NCBI GenBank assembly: GCA_002869315.1
Contig: PKTD01000107.1
Span: 7,910 to 71,909, forward strand
From: Marinilabiliales bacterium
GTDB lineage: Bacteria; Bacteroidota; Bacteroidia; Bacteroidales; F082
DNA length: 64,000 nucleotides
Reading direction: 5' to 3'
Positions 30,785 to 41,924 of the stretch are shown piece by piece; position 1 is the stretch's first letter, and the number at the start of each line of letters is the position of its first letter. The notes below the pieces were generated by a model that ran no database searches, had not been told where the DNA came from, and saw nothing but the letters and a program-made list of their open reading frames with translations. A program made the position numbers and the translations under genes.

Positions 30785-31411
30785 ATGAGTTTACTATTGA
30801 TTTTTATTATTATTTCCGGGTTGATATATATTGTTTCAGAATATGTAAGAGCCCCAAAAATTAAATACTTTTTTAAACCCTTAACAACTGTTTTAGTTAT
30901 TATTCTTGCTTTTCAGCAAGTAAATGACTGGAATAATACTTATGCTTATTTAGTAATTATTGGTTTGCTATTTTCGCTGATTGGCGATGTTTTTCTAATG
31001 CTTCCAAAAGATAAATTCCTTCATGGTTTAACTACTTTTTTAATTGCACATTTATTTTTTATTGTTGCAATATTTACAGGACTGAACTCTGTTAATGAGC
31101 TTGTTGCATTAATTCCTATAGGATTATACACCTTATTGTTTTTGTGGAAAGTGCTTCCAAAAGCAAAAGAAAATAAACTTGCTGTTATTATCTATTCATT
31201 GATTTTGATGGTTTTCTTTTGGCAGGCATCACTATACTTTTATTATTTCGCCACTTTAGCTGCTTTGAATGTGTTTTTAGGAGCCTTGTTTTTTGTTATA
31301 TCAGATTCGCTTTTGGCCTATTCAAGGTTTGTTAAACAATCTGTTTATTCAGTTGCTTTAATTCACATAAGTTATTGGGCAGCATTAACATATATAGCCC
31401 TTTCAATTTAA
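30785..31411 (+). CDS. YhhN-family membrane protein (lysoplasmalogenase-like)
   Basis: 208 aa, about 7 TM helices, LIGDVFLM-type motif. Confidence 0.6.
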   Translation: MSLLLIFIIISGLIYIVSEYVRAPKIKYFFKPLTTVLVIILAFQQVNDWNNTYAYLVIIGLLFSLIGDVFLMLPKDKFLHGLTTFLIAHLFFIVAIFTGLNSVNELVALIPIGLYTLLFLWKVLPKAKENKLAVIIYSLILMVFFWQASLYFYYFATLAALNVFLGALFFVISDSLLAYSRFVKQSVYSVALIHISYWAALTYIALSI

Positions 31412-31420
31412 AAATAAATA

Positions 31421-32269
31421 ATGACCTTTTTTTATATCATTTTAACTGTACTTGCAATTATTATAATTTTATTTTTTGTAGCAGTTAACAATTTTAAAAA
31501 TCCACATGTTTCAAATGAAAAAAATCCACTTTCGGTTGGTATAGAATTTGAGATCAATAAAATCCCAAGTTTAAATTCTAAGAAACTAAATTCATGGTGG
31601 ATTTCCAATGAAAATTCAAATACTTCAATAATATTGATGCATGGATGGGGAAAAAATGCTGCGCGTCTCCTTCCATACATTAAGAATCTGAATTTTTATA
31701 AGTACAATATTTTAGCCTTCGATTCGAGGAATCATGGTGATAGTGATAAAGATAAGTATTCATCAATGATAAAGTTTTCGGAGGATATAAGTTCATGTAT
31801 AGATTTTCTGAAGAAAGAAAAAAAAGAATCTGCAGAAAATATTTATTTAATAGGTCTTTCCATAGGAGGGGCTGCTTCAATATATGCTGCTGCTAATGAT
31901 GACAGGATAAATAAAATTGTAACTGTAGGTGCCCCTTCAAACCCTGCGGATGTTATGAAATTACATCTTCTAAAGAAGAAGATCCCCAACTTTATCATAA
32001 GCATGGTTTTTAAATATCTGGAAATAAAAGTAGGTAAGAAATTTGATGAGATATGTGCCGCAAATAACATTAACAGAACCAGAGCAAAAACATTATTGGT
32101 ACATGGTACTTTAGATAGGGTTGTGCCGGTTGAACAAGGTGAATTAATATACAGTAAAGCCGATAAGCATAATGTTGATTTATGGAACATTGATGGAAAG
32201 GGCCATAGTAATTGTCATTATGAGAAAGGATACTGGAAAAAACTCCTTGATTTTTTCAATGAACAATAA
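31421..32269 (+). CDS. alpha/beta-fold hydrolase with N-terminal membrane anchor
   Basis: 282 aa. Nucleophile elbow GLSIGG. HG at the oxyanion position (ILMHGWG). C-terminal GKGHSN. Confidence 0.7.
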   Translation: MTFFYIILTVLAIIIILFFVAVNNFKNPHVSNEKNPLSVGIEFEINKIPSLNSKKLNSWWISNENSNTSIILMHGWGKNAARLLPYIKNLNFYKYNILAFDSRNHGDSDKDKYSSMIKFSEDISSCIDFLKKEKKESAENIYLIGLSIGGAASIYAAANDDRINKIVTVGAPSNPADVMKLHLLKKKIPNFIISMVFKYLEIKVGKKFDEICAANNINRTRAKTLLVHGTLDRVVPVEQGELIYSKADKHNVDLWNIDGKGHSNCHYEKGYWKKLLDFFNEQ

Positions 32270-32352
32270 GTTTATTTAAACATTAGTTTATTATAGTATT
32301 CAATGTTTTGCGACTAAAATATTAATACTATTTTTACATCAAAATATATAAA

Positions 32353-33951
32353 ATGAAGACCATATATCTTATTTTACTTTCTGTTCTGAGTGGATTATTA
32401 TTATCCATTTCCTGGCCGGTAAATGGATTTACACCTCTTATTTTTGTGGCTTTAGTTCCTTTGTTGTATGTACAACAAATAATGGGAGATACTAATAGGA
32501 AAGGAATATTTTGGCTATCGTGGTTGACATTTTTAATCTGGAATGTATTAACAACCTGGTGGATATGGTATAGTACTGCCATAGGTTCAATAGCAGCTTT
32601 TGTTTTGAATGCCTTATTTACAGCAATAGTATTTTACTTATATCATCTTTCGAAAAAGTGGTTTTATAAAAATAAGAAGGGGAGTTGGATTCTGATTTTT
32701 TATTGGGTTAGTTGGGAATATTTTCACCTAAACTGGGATTTAAGTTGGTCGTGGTTAAACCTGGGAAATGTTTTTTCATCTAACCCTAAGATTATACAAT
32801 GGTATGAGTATACTGGTACGTTTGGAGGCGCAGTTTGGGTTTTACTTATTAATATTTTGATTTTTAATATTATTAAAAAAGTTATTGAAAAAAGGGAAGT
32901 TAAATCATCAATAGTAAATATTGCAATTTTGATTTTGGTAGTTATCATACCTATTTTTTATTCAGTAAGTATTTATAATTCATATGAAGAAAAGGGTAAA
33001 GACTTAGATGTAATTGTTGTGCAGCCAAATATTGATCCTTATGAAGAGCAATATTCACTCAGTCCTGATTCAATTTTAAGTAGAAATTTATCATTGGCAT
33101 TACCTCTTGTGGATGAGAATACGAGATATATTGTTATGCCTGAATCAGCATTGCAGGAAGATATTTGGGAGGGTGCGTTTAATAATTCCTTCACTATTCA
33201 GCGTTTGTACAATAAGGTTAGAGAGTACAACAACTTAAATATTATAACTGGAGCAACAACATATAAAATGATAGGGCGAGGCGAAAAAATGAATAATGCT
33301 GCCCGCAAATTCAGCAAAGTTGATAAGTATTATTACGCTTATAATACTGCCTTGTTTATAGATAAATCTGGGATGTTACAAACACACCACAAATCAAAGT
33401 TAACACCTGGTGTAGAAATTATGCCATCTTGGGGAATCCTAAAACCCATAGAATCATTGGCCATTGACCTTGGAGGTACAACTGGTACTCTTGGACGAGA
33501 TAAGGAAGCAGTGGTTTTTTACGATAAGGATTCCATCGGAAGTTCTCCAATTATTTGTTATGAATCTATTTATGGTGAGTTTGTTACAAACACTATTAAG
33601 AGAGGCGGAGAATTAATATTTGTTATTACAAATGATGGTTGGTGGGGAAATACTCCTGGTCATAAGCAGCATTTGTCTTATTCTTCTTTGAGAGCTATTG
33701 AAACCCGACGATGGGTAGCAAGGTCAGCAAACACAGGAATTTCGGCTTTTATAAATGAGAGAGGTGACATTCTTCAACAAACAAAGTATTGGGAAGCTGA
33801 TGTTTTAAGGCATACTGTTAAGGCTAATAGCGAACTGACCTATTATGTGAAAAATGGAGATTATATAGCAAGCACCTCAGCATATATTAGCATTCTGGTT
33901 TTTCTAATTGCCTTTACACAGGGATTTTTAAGAAAGAAAAGAGGGTATTAA
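32353..33951 (+). CDS. lnt: apolipoprotein N-acyltransferase
   Basis: 532 aa. N-terminal polytopic domain followed by a CN-hydrolase domain with the catalytic ICYESIYGEF. Confidence 0.85.
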   Translation: MKTIYLILLSVLSGLLLSISWPVNGFTPLIFVALVPLLYVQQIMGDTNRKGIFWLSWLTFLIWNVLTTWWIWYSTAIGSIAAFVLNALFTAIVFYLYHLSKKWFYKNKKGSWILIFYWVSWEYFHLNWDLSWSWLNLGNVFSSNPKIIQWYEYTGTFGGAVWVLLINILIFNIIKKVIEKREVKSSIVNIAILILVVIIPIFYSVSIYNSYEEKGKDLDVIVVQPNIDPYEEQYSLSPDSILSRNLSLALPLVDENTRYIVMPESALQEDIWEGAFNNSFTIQRLYNKVREYNNLNIITGATTYKMIGRGEKMNNAARKFSKVDKYYYAYNTALFIDKSGMLQTHHKSKLTPGVEIMPSWGILKPIESLAIDLGGTTGTLGRDKEAVVFYDKDSIGSSPIICYESIYGEFVTNTIKRGGELIFVITNDGWWGNTPGHKQHLSYSSLRAIETRRWVARSANTGISAFINERGDILQQTKYWEADVLRHTVKANSELTYYVKNGDYIASTSAYISILVFLIAFTQGFLRKKRGY

Positions 33952-33961
33952 ATAATTAGGA

Positions 33962-34870
33962 CTACATCCACCCATTTTTTTTGAATAGAGTGATCATACC
34001 TCCACCTATTCCTAGCATAACTACCATAATTATCCAGAAAGCACTCTGTTCACTTTCCAGTGGTAATAATACATTCATACCATATATGCCCGTTAATAAA
34101 GTAAGTGGTAAAACAATAGATGAAATAAGAGTGAGTATCTTCATTATTTCATTTGTTTTGTTGGTCTGCATCGAATCGAAAGTTGTTGAAAGACCCTCTA
34201 TAAGTTCTCCAAAGTCCTCAGTCATATACCACATCTGGTTATAGTAGTCGAGGATATTACCCCAGTAATCTTCCATATTGTCAGCAAAACCCTGAACTTT
34301 ACCAGATTCGAATTTATTGAAAACCCTTAGTTGAGGCTTTAGCATTGTATTTAGAACAATGATATTTTTTCTGGTTACCGAAAGTCTCTCAATAATTCTG
34401 GCCGGAGATTTTCCAAATAACTGCCTGTTTATTAACTCTAATTCGAGGCCTACCTTACGCAATAAATAAGTAGATTCATTCATAAGTTTTTCCAAAATAG
34501 CATATAGAATAGCATCTGAGGTACCTACTTCAAAATCTTCTCCTTTTTGGTATTGTTCCATTGCATCGTCAAAAACACTATCCACCACCCAATGAGATCT
34601 TCCTATAGTTATCAGATAGTCTTCTCCCCAGAAAATTTTAACCTCCTTCGGTTTTATAAACTTATTTTGCCTGTCGAAATTTGGAAAATGAAGAACTAAA
34701 AAATAGTAATCATCATAGATATCAATTTTTGATCGTTGATTGGATTCGCGACAGTCTTCAATGTCAAGAGGGTGAAAATGATAAGTATTTGCAATCTCAT
34801 CCAGATCTTCATTTGTAGGATTCTTGATGTTTACCCACAACAATCTTCCTATTTTAATAGTTTCAACCAT
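33962..34870 (-). CDS. corA: CorA-family magnesium/cobalt transporter
   Basis: 302 aa. Two C-terminal TM helices with the YGMNV signature. Confidence 0.85.
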   Translation of the reverse strand: MVETIKIGRLLWVNIKNPTNEDLDEIANTYHFHPLDIEDCRESNQRSKIDIYDDYYFLVLHFPNFDRQNKFIKPKEVKIFWGEDYLITIGRSHWVVDSVFDDAMEQYQKGEDFEVGTSDAILYAILEKLMNESTYLLRKVGLELELINRQLFGKSPARIIERLSVTRKNIIVLNTMLKPQLRVFNKFESGKVQGFADNMEDYWGNILDYYNQMWYMTEDFGELIEGLSTTFDSMQTNKTNEIMKILTLISSIVLPLTLLTGIYGMNVLLPLESEQSAFWIIMVVMLGIGGGMITLFKKNGWM

Positions 34871-34956
34871 TGGTTTACCCTCCTATTTTTTAATTATACA
34901 ATGTTAATACTTTTCTCCGCAATGAGACTGCAAAAATCTATAAAAATTACAATAAT

Positions 34957-36495
34957 TTAAAGCGGAATATTACCATGTTTTTTTGGTGGATTGCTATCCG
35001 ATTTATTATCAGTCATTTCCAATGCCTGATTTAATTTCTTTCTGGTATTATGAGGGAATATAATTTCATCAATATAGCCTAGTTCAGCAGCTTTATAAGG
35101 ACTGGCAAAGTTATTCCTGTAATCAGAAACGGCTTTTGCCCTTTCCTCTTCATTATTTAGTTTATTTCTGTAAATAATATTAACTGCTCCTTCAGGTCCC
35201 ATAACTGCAATTTAAGCAGTGGGATAAGCAAAGTTGTAGTCTGCACCAATATGCTTGCTCGACATTACATCGTATGCACCACAATAGGCTTTACGGGTAA
35301 TTACAGTAATTTTTGGAACTGTGGCTTCAGCGAATGCGTATAATAATTTTGCACCATGTTTGATTATTCCGCCAAATTCCTGCGCAGTACCAGGTAAAAA
35401 TCCTGGAACATCCTCAAAAGTTATTAATGGGATATTGAAGGCATCACAGAATCTCACAAAACGAGCTGCTTTTGTGGAACTGTCGATATCTAATACTCCT
35501 GCTAATACTGCCGGCTGATTAGCAACTATACCAACTGGTTTTCCTCCAATGCGTGCAAAACCAACTATAATATTTTTAGCGTAATGTGGTTGAACCTCCA
35601 GAAAGTGCTTATTATCCACAACAGGAAGTATAATTTCCATCATGTCGTATGGTTTGTTTGGATCCGTAGGTATAATATTATCCAAGGCAGGTTCTTCTCT
35701 CGACATATCGTCGATACATTCTTTTCTTGGTGGATCTTCCAGATTATTGGAAGGAAGGAAACTCATTAATTCCCTTATCATCATCATTGCCTGTTCGTCA
35801 TCATCAGCTGTAAAATGTGCAACACCTGACTTTTGATTATGAGTCATTGCACCTCCCAGGTCTTCCATGGTTACTTCTTCATTTGTAACAGTTTTAATAA
35901 CATCAGGTCCTGTTACAAACATATAAGATGTATCTTTTACCATCATAATGAAATCAGTAATTGCAGGAGAATAAACAGCTCCACCTGCACATGGACCTAA
36001 AATGGCCGATATTTGAGGGATAACTCCTGAACTTCTTACGTTACGGTAAAATATATCAGCATATCCTGCGAGACTTTCTACGCCCTCCTGAATTCTGGCA
36101 CCACCCGAATCATTAAGTCCTATTACAGGTGCTCCCATTTTCATTGCAAGATCCATTATTTTTACAATCTTATCTGCATTTGATCTGCTTAGTGAACCAC
36201 CTAGTACGGTAAAATCCTGAGCAAACGCATACATAAGTCTGCCATCGATTTTTCCATATCCGGTAACAACACCATCTCCTAGGACTTTGTTTTTGTCCAT
36301 ACCAAAATTAGTATTACGATGTGTAACAAACTTATCGATTTCTACAAATGTATCCTTATCGAATAAATGTTTAATACGCTCTCTGGCAGTTTTTCTTCCT
36401 GCTTTATGCTGTTTATCGATTCGCTCCTGGCCACCGCCAAGTTCTGCTAGTTTATGCTTTTCTTCGAGTTCCTGTATTTTTGGTCTTAATGACAT
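34957..36495 (-). pseudogene. acyl-CoA carboxylase carboxyltransferase subunit (propionyl-CoA carboxylase beta / methylmalonyl-CoA decarboxylase alpha type) interrupted by one in-frame TAA at 35212-35214
   Basis: ORFs 35212-36495 and 34957-35202 share a frame. The junction reads AYPTA*IAVMGPEGAV, against the conserved PTAEIAVMG. It ends with the canonical KHGNIPL. It also carries KAYCGAY where the family has KAYGGAY (TGT at 35281-35283). Confidence 0.85.
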
Positions 36496-36524
36496 TTTTT
36501 TCTTATTTAATGTTATATAATTCT

Positions 36525-37040
36525 TTATTCCTCAATATCTTCAAGTAAAATTAAATGTTGATGACCATCAATATTGTCACCTTCTTTAACCATTATTTGT
36601 TTTATACGTTTATCGTTTACAAGTTTGTATTCACTCTCCATTTTCATGGCAGATACAATAATGGCGGTTTCTCCTTTTTTTGCTATTTCACCTTCTTTTA
36701 CAAGTATTTTAACGACTTTGCCTGGCATAGGAGTTGAAATGAAATTCGCATCATCATCTTCGCTACCCTTTCGGCTGTTCATATACTTAGTTTCAGGGTC
36801 TATCACTTCTATATCGAAAGAGTTATACAAAGTATTTACTTCATATTTTTTTAAACCGCTCTCACTCAATTCTATATTAAAGGATGTTCCATCAATAATA
36901 ATTGAATAAACTCCTTTTTCCACTTCAACAATATCGGCTTTATATACCCTGTCGTCTACAGCTATTTCTACAAAATTTCCATCCCGCTTAAGGATTTTAA
37001 TTTCTGATACTTCATCGTTTACTTTTATTTCGTATGACAT
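36525..37040 (-). CDS. biotin carboxyl carrier protein (biotin/lipoyl attachment domain)
   Basis: 171 aa. Biotinylation motif SAMKME near the C-terminus. Confidence 0.8.
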   Translation of the reverse strand: MSYEIKVNDEVSEIKILKRDGNFVEIAVDDRVYKADIVEVEKGVYSIIIDGTSFNIELSESGLKKYEVNTLYNSFDIEVIDPETKYMNSRKGSEDDDANFISTPMPGKVVKILVKEGEIAKKGETAIIVSAMKMESEYKLVNDKRIKQIMVKEGDNIDGHQHLILLEDIEE

Positions 37041-37051
37041 TTTTCCAGAGT

Positions 37052-38563
37052 TTAAAAATGATTAACACTATTTTTGCGACCAAACTGTTTCCATGGAGAT
37101 GCCTTTTTACAAGTTTTTCCATTATTTGCTGCTGCAGAATCATATTTTGATATGAAATCTACAAAGGCCGCAATGGATGCCACATCTTTAACTTTTTGCT
37201 TAGCATCTTTTTTTGCGTCAAGGAATTCAGAATTATCCTGAATGAAATGCGTATTATACCTGCCTTCTTTAAAATCAGGCACATCCATAATTCTGTGAAG
37301 GAAAGGTATTGATGTTTTTACACCAGTAATTTTATAGGCATGTAATGCTCTTTTCATTCTGTCGATGGCCTCATCTCTGGTAGGTGCCCAGCAAATTAAT
37401 TTAGAAATCATTGGGTCGTAATACATTGGTATTTCATAACCCTCATAAACATAACCATCGTGGCGAACGCCCAATCCTAGAGGTTCGGTTATATGTTTTA
37501 TTTTACCAGGATTTGGCATAAAATTATTGTCAGGATCTTCAGCATAAATTCTTACCTCTATGGCATGGCCATTTTGAGATAAATCTTCCTGTTTTAACTC
37601 TAATTCAAGATCATTAGCAATTTTTATCTGTTCTTTTACAAGATCAACGCCAACCACTCTTTCAGTAATAGGATGCTCCACCTGAAGACGGGTATTCATT
37701 TCGAGGAAATAATAATTTAAATCATCATCCACAATGAATTCAATGGTCCCTGCTCCTGAATAGTTTACTGCTTTTGCTGCAGCAACAGCATGTTCACCCA
37801 TTTCCATTCTAACCTTATCATTCATAATTGGAGAAGGGGTTTCTTCAACAACTTTTTGATGACGTCTTTGAACAGAACATTCTCTTTCAAAAAGATGAAC
37901 AGCATTTCCATGATTATCGCAAAGCACTTGAAATTCAATATGATGTGGCGAATTGATATACTTTTCAATGTAAACAGCATCATCTCCAAAAGCAGCCATA
38001 GCCTCTGATTTGGCAGCACTTACCGAGGATATAATATCTTCTTCCTTACTTACAAGTCTCATTCCTTTACCTCCACCACCTGAACTGGCTTTCACCATTA
38101 CTGGTAATCCAATTTCTTTGATAGTTTTAACTGCTGCGTCAAGATCTGTTATAGGCTCTATAGTACCAGGAACAACCGGAACTGATGCTTTTTGCATTTT
38201 CTTCCGGGCCGTAATTTTATCTCCCATAGTATTTATAGCATAAGATGAAGGTCCTATAAAAATAATACCTTCGGCTTTACACCTATCAGAGAACTCAGCA
38301 TTTTCTGATAAAAATCCATATCCAGGATGTATGGCATCTGCACCACTTTTCTTAGCAGCATCGATAATTTTGTCAATTACCAGATAACTCTCATTGGAAG
38401 GTGATGGTCCAATAAAATATGCTTCGTCGGCAAACCTAACATGCATAGATGTACGATCTGCTTCCGAAAATACGGCAACCGATTTAATTCCCATCTCACG
38501 ACAAGAACGCATAACACGGATGGCAATTTCACCTCTGTTGGCTACCAAAATTTTTTTAATCAT
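37052..38563 (-). CDS. accC: biotin carboxylase subunit of an acyl-CoA carboxylase
   Basis: 503 aa. ATP-grasp motifs KASSGGGGKGMR and ERECSVQRRHQK, with the N-terminal KILVANRGEIAIR. Confidence 0.9.
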   Translation of the reverse strand: MIKKILVANRGEIAIRVMRSCREMGIKSVAVFSEADRTSMHVRFADEAYFIGPSPSNESYLVIDKIIDAAKKSGADAIHPGYGFLSENAEFSDRCKAEGIIFIGPSSYAINTMGDKITARKKMQKASVPVVPGTIEPITDLDAAVKTIKEIGLPVMVKASSGGGGKGMRLVSKEEDIISSVSAAKSEAMAAFGDDAVYIEKYINSPHHIEFQVLCDNHGNAVHLFERECSVQRRHQKVVEETPSPIMNDKVRMEMGEHAVAAAKAVNYSGAGTIEFIVDDDLNYYFLEMNTRLQVEHPITERVVGVDLVKEQIKIANDLELELKQEDLSQNGHAIEVRIYAEDPDNNFMPNPGKIKHITEPLGLGVRHDGYVYEGYEIPMYYDPMISKLICWAPTRDEAIDRMKRALHAYKITGVKTSIPFLHRIMDVPDFKEGRYNTHFIQDNSEFLDAKKDAKQKVKDVASIAAFVDFISKYDSAAANNGKTCKKASPWKQFGRKNSVNHF

Positions 38564-38752
38564 ATGTAAATTTGCTTTTAATTATCACGTTTTCAGTACT
38601 ATTACCAAAATAGAACTCATAATTTTGGGGTGTAAAGATAAAAAATAACAAATATACAATGCCAAAATGTTAATATTATCATATTATCAATATTGAAGAA
38701 ATTTTAACTTTCATTAGTCTAGATTGTTGAAATATTCTCTACATTTGAACTT

Positions 38753-40552
38753 ATGAATATGACAATCAATAATAAACATATAAGAATTCCACGTATTGTT
38801 TTTTTATTAACAGTTGCATTAGTTGTTTTTACTGGCAATTCATCAAATTTGTATGCACAACATTCTAATTCTGAAATAAACAAACTTGAGAAAAAACTTA
38901 ATTCATCAACATTAAGTGAAAAAGTTAATATTTTAAAAGAACTTGTTTATGAATGTAATAAAGCTAATGATCCAAAGTTTGTAGATTATGCTCAAGAATA
39001 TGTAAAGTTAAATGATAGTTTGGTTCATCCTGATGAAAAAAGTAAAGTATATGAGTTGCTTTCTGAATATTATCAAAATAAGGATATTTCACCAAAAACT
39101 GCTTTTAATATTTCTTTTCTTTTAAAATACATTCTTCTGCTCATAGTAATCATTATAATTTTGATTCTATTTGTTTGGTATCTTCGATTAAAAAAGGGTT
39201 ATAATCAAAAAATTAATGAATTATCAGCTAAAGCTGAAGAAGTTTACCAGAAAAAATATACTCTAAAGGGTGAAATAGAGAAAAAATTAACTGAGAAGAT
39301 TATACCTTACAAAAAAGAGCATGATGAGATCGTAAAGAAAGAGATAGAGTTAAAGAAAAATTTAAAAACTCTGGAAGAAGCAAATTATTTAAAGAATGCT
39401 TTTTTGTCGAATATGAGTCATCAAATACGTTCATCCCTAAATGGCATAAGCGGATTTGCTAATTTGTTGGAAACGGAATTGGCAATAATAGGAGATGAAA
39501 ATTTGTATTCTTACGCTCAAAAAATTCAACAAAGCGGAAATAAATTAGAGAATTTGTTAACCAACATCATTGATATTTCCTCGATAGAAGCCAATGTTAC
39601 CGAGAAGAATATTCAGCAATGTGATATTTTAGATATTATAAATGATGTAGAATCTATAAATACATTTAAAGCTAATGAAAAGGGCTTGATTTTTAAAACA
39701 AAAGTTGAAGAGTCTATCCCTGCTGTGATTGCTGATCAGAGTAAATTAAGAAAAGTTTTAAATGTTCTGATAGATAATTCAATTAAGTATACTCATAAGG
39801 GATTTGTTACTTTAATGACCACCTATGATGAGGATACGTCTACAATTAAAATAGAACTGAAGGATACTGGTGTTGGAATTAATTCAGAATATGCAGAATT
39901 GATTAACACAGCATTTAGTTCTAAGAATATTGTAGAAAATGAAAAATCATATCAGGGAATAGGAATAGGTTTAAAACTTTGTAAACGTTTTATCGATCTT
40001 ATGGACGGTAAAATAGAACTTATTACTAAAGAAAATGAGGGGACATCATTTAATATCACTTTACCAACTGCTATTGAAAAAAGTGAGGAGATAGTTAGTT
40101 CAGTGGTTGAAGAAGCTCCGGTTACTCTTTTAAATGCACCTGAATTGGGTTCACTGGATATTTTTATTGTTGAAGATGACCGAATGAATAGAATGGTCCT
40201 GGAAAAGATGTTAAAAAAATCCGGTAGTATAACAACAACCATCGATGGTGAGGATGCTATGAATGTTATAAAGAAGAACCATAGTAAAAAGAAGTACTTT
40301 CATGTTATGCTTTTCGATATTAATTTGCCTGCCCCATGGGATGGTACAAGATTAATGCAGGAAGTAAGGAGGTTATATCCAGAATACAAAAACATACCAT
40401 TTATGGCTCAAACAGCTTATGCCATGGCTGGCGACAAAGATAGTTTTCTGGAGGCCGGCTTCGACGATTATATTGCCAAACCTATTATGAAAAACGAACT
40501 GCTAACAAAAATTGAAAGGCAGATAGCAAAGTATGCATCTAATAAATCTTGA
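38753..40552 (+). CDS. hybrid sensor histidine kinase / response regulator
   Basis: 599 aa. Two TM segments. HisKA H-box SHQIRSSLNG. HATPase N/G boxes (DNSIKYT, DTGVGI, GIGIGLKLC). C-terminal receiver domain (IVEDD...MLFDINLP). Ends at TGA. Confidence 0.8.
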   Translation: MNMTINNKHIRIPRIVFLLTVALVVFTGNSSNLYAQHSNSEINKLEKKLNSSTLSEKVNILKELVYECNKANDPKFVDYAQEYVKLNDSLVHPDEKSKVYELLSEYYQNKDISPKTAFNISFLLKYILLLIVIIIILILFVWYLRLKKGYNQKINELSAKAEEVYQKKYTLKGEIEKKLTEKIIPYKKEHDEIVKKEIELKKNLKTLEEANYLKNAFLSNMSHQIRSSLNGISGFANLLETELAIIGDENLYSYAQKIQQSGNKLENLLTNIIDISSIEANVTEKNIQQCDILDIINDVESINTFKANEKGLIFKTKVEESIPAVIADQSKLRKVLNVLIDNSIKYTHKGFVTLMTTYDEDTSTIKIELKDTGVGINSEYAELINTAFSSKNIVENEKSYQGIGIGLKLCKRFIDLMDGKIELITKENEGTSFNITLPTAIEKSEEIVSSVVEEAPVTLLNAPELGSLDIFIVEDDRMNRMVLEKMLKKSGSITTTIDGEDAMNVIKKNHSKKKYFHVMLFDINLPAPWDGTRLMQEVRRLYPEYKNIPFMAQTAYAMAGDKDSFLEAGFDDYIAKPIMKNELLTKIERQIAKYASNKS

Positions 40553-40659
40553 AATCGTTTGCATTAGTGCTATCAGTTAACAGTAATATAATTCTGCATT
40601 TGTAATTCATTTAATGTTTTTTATGAGCTTGGTTTCTTTAAATAAATAGTTGATAGCAT

Positions 40660-40667
40660 TATATTTG
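40660..40667 (+). promoter_or_regulatory. candidate -7 promoter box (TATATTTG)
   Basis: TAnnTTTG match 19 nt upstream of the ATG at 40686. It lies inside the TTG-extended ORF of the track, which argues for the ATG start. Confidence 0.35.
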
Positions 40668-40685
40668 CAAAAAAATAATAAAACT

Positions 40686-41762
40686 ATGAGTAAGTTATTT
40701 GATAAAATAAAACCCGGAGTTGCTACCGGCGATGATGTACAATATATTTTTAGGCATGCCAAAGAAAATGGCTATGCTATACCAGCAGTAAATGTTGTTG
40801 GTAGTAATTCAGTAAATGCTGTTCTTGAAGCAGCAGCAAAAGTGAATTCTCCTGTTATTATTCAATTTTCCAATGGAGGAGGTGCTTTTTATGCCGGTAA
40901 AGGTTTGAAAGCAGAAGGACAGGAAGCAGCTATAGCTGGAAGTATTTCCGGTGCAGTTCACGTTCATCAAATGGCAGAACTTTATGGTGTTGCGGTTATT
41001 TTGCATACCGATCATGCTGCAAAAAAACTATTACCCTGGATAGACGGTTTACTTGATGCCGGTGAAGAATTCTTTGAACAAAATGGAAAACCACTTTTCT
41101 CTTCACATATGCTGGATCTATCAGAAGAACCATTAGAGGAAAATATAGCTATTTGTAGGGAGTATCTTACAAGAATGGATAAAATGGGCATGACATTGGA
41201 AATTGAACTTGGTATAACAGGTGGTGAAGAAGATGGTGTGGATAATACTGATATTGATAGTTCTAAACTTTATACTCAACCATCAGAAGTTGGGCTTGCT
41301 TATAAAGAATTATCACAAGTGAGTCAACGTTTTACTATAGCCGCCGCCTTTGGAAATGTGCATGGTGTTTATAAACCAGGAAATGTAAAACTGGAACCTG
41401 CAATATTAAAGAATTCACAGAAATATATTAAAGAAGAGTTTAACACTATTGATAATCCTGTTGATTTTGTGTTTCATGGAGGCTCAGGTTCTGAACCTGA
41501 AAAAATTAAAGAAGCAATTTCTTATGGAGTTATCAAAATGAATATAGATACTGACACTCAGTGGGCTACATGGAATGGAGTGAGAGAATATGAAAGTGCA
41601 CATCACGATTACTTACAAGGGCAGATTGGTAACCCTGAGGGAGAAGATGTTCCAAATAAGAAATTCTATGATCCTCGTAAATGGTTAAGAGCAGCTGAAG
41701 AATCAATGGTTAAGCGATTGGAAGTAGCCTTTAACGATCTTAATTGTTTAGATAGATCTTAA
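40686..41762 (+). CDS. fba: class II fructose-bisphosphate aldolase
   Basis: MSKLFDKIKPGVATGDDV...AIPAVNVVGSNSVNAVLEAAAKVNSPVIIQFSNGG is a canonical class IIa FBA N-terminus. HTDH and FHGGSG motifs are present. The ORF-track start at 40650 is a TTG extension. Confidence 0.9.
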   Translation: MSKLFDKIKPGVATGDDVQYIFRHAKENGYAIPAVNVVGSNSVNAVLEAAAKVNSPVIIQFSNGGGAFYAGKGLKAEGQEAAIAGSISGAVHVHQMAELYGVAVILHTDHAAKKLLPWIDGLLDAGEEFFEQNGKPLFSSHMLDLSEEPLEENIAICREYLTRMDKMGMTLEIELGITGGEEDGVDNTDIDSSKLYTQPSEVGLAYKELSQVSQRFTIAAAFGNVHGVYKPGNVKLEPAILKNSQKYIKEEFNTIDNPVDFVFHGGSGSEPEKIKEAISYGVIKMNIDTDTQWATWNGVREYESAHHDYLQGQIGNPEGEDVPNKKFYDPRKWLRAAEESMVKRLEVAFNDLNCLDRS

Positions 41763-41783
41763 TTTGATATTTATAACATAAAA

Positions 41784-41816
41784 AGCTCCTACTGTTTAAA
41801 AAGTGGGAGCTTTTTT
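41784..41816 (+). terminator. rho-independent terminator after fba
   Basis: Stem AGCTCCTACT (41784-41793) / AGTGGGAGCT (41802-41811) with one mismatch, then a T-run (41811-41816). Confidence 0.65.
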
Positions 41817-41924
41817 CATTATTATACCAATAAACTTAGGTTTATTTGCGTTAACAGTTACATAAATATTAATTAACAAATATCATAAAAATTGTAAATT
41901 AGCTGTAAATACAATTACAAATTC

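Noticed and set aside
40650-40685. N-terminal extensions in the ORF track from TTG/GTG starts: fba at 40650, yjbQ at 49603, the nitroreductase at 63345, the BNR protein at 8996 and the Cys-rich protein at 45508.
   Set aside because: In each case an internal ATG gives the canonical family N-terminus or signal peptide. For fba, a -7 promoter box lies inside the extension.
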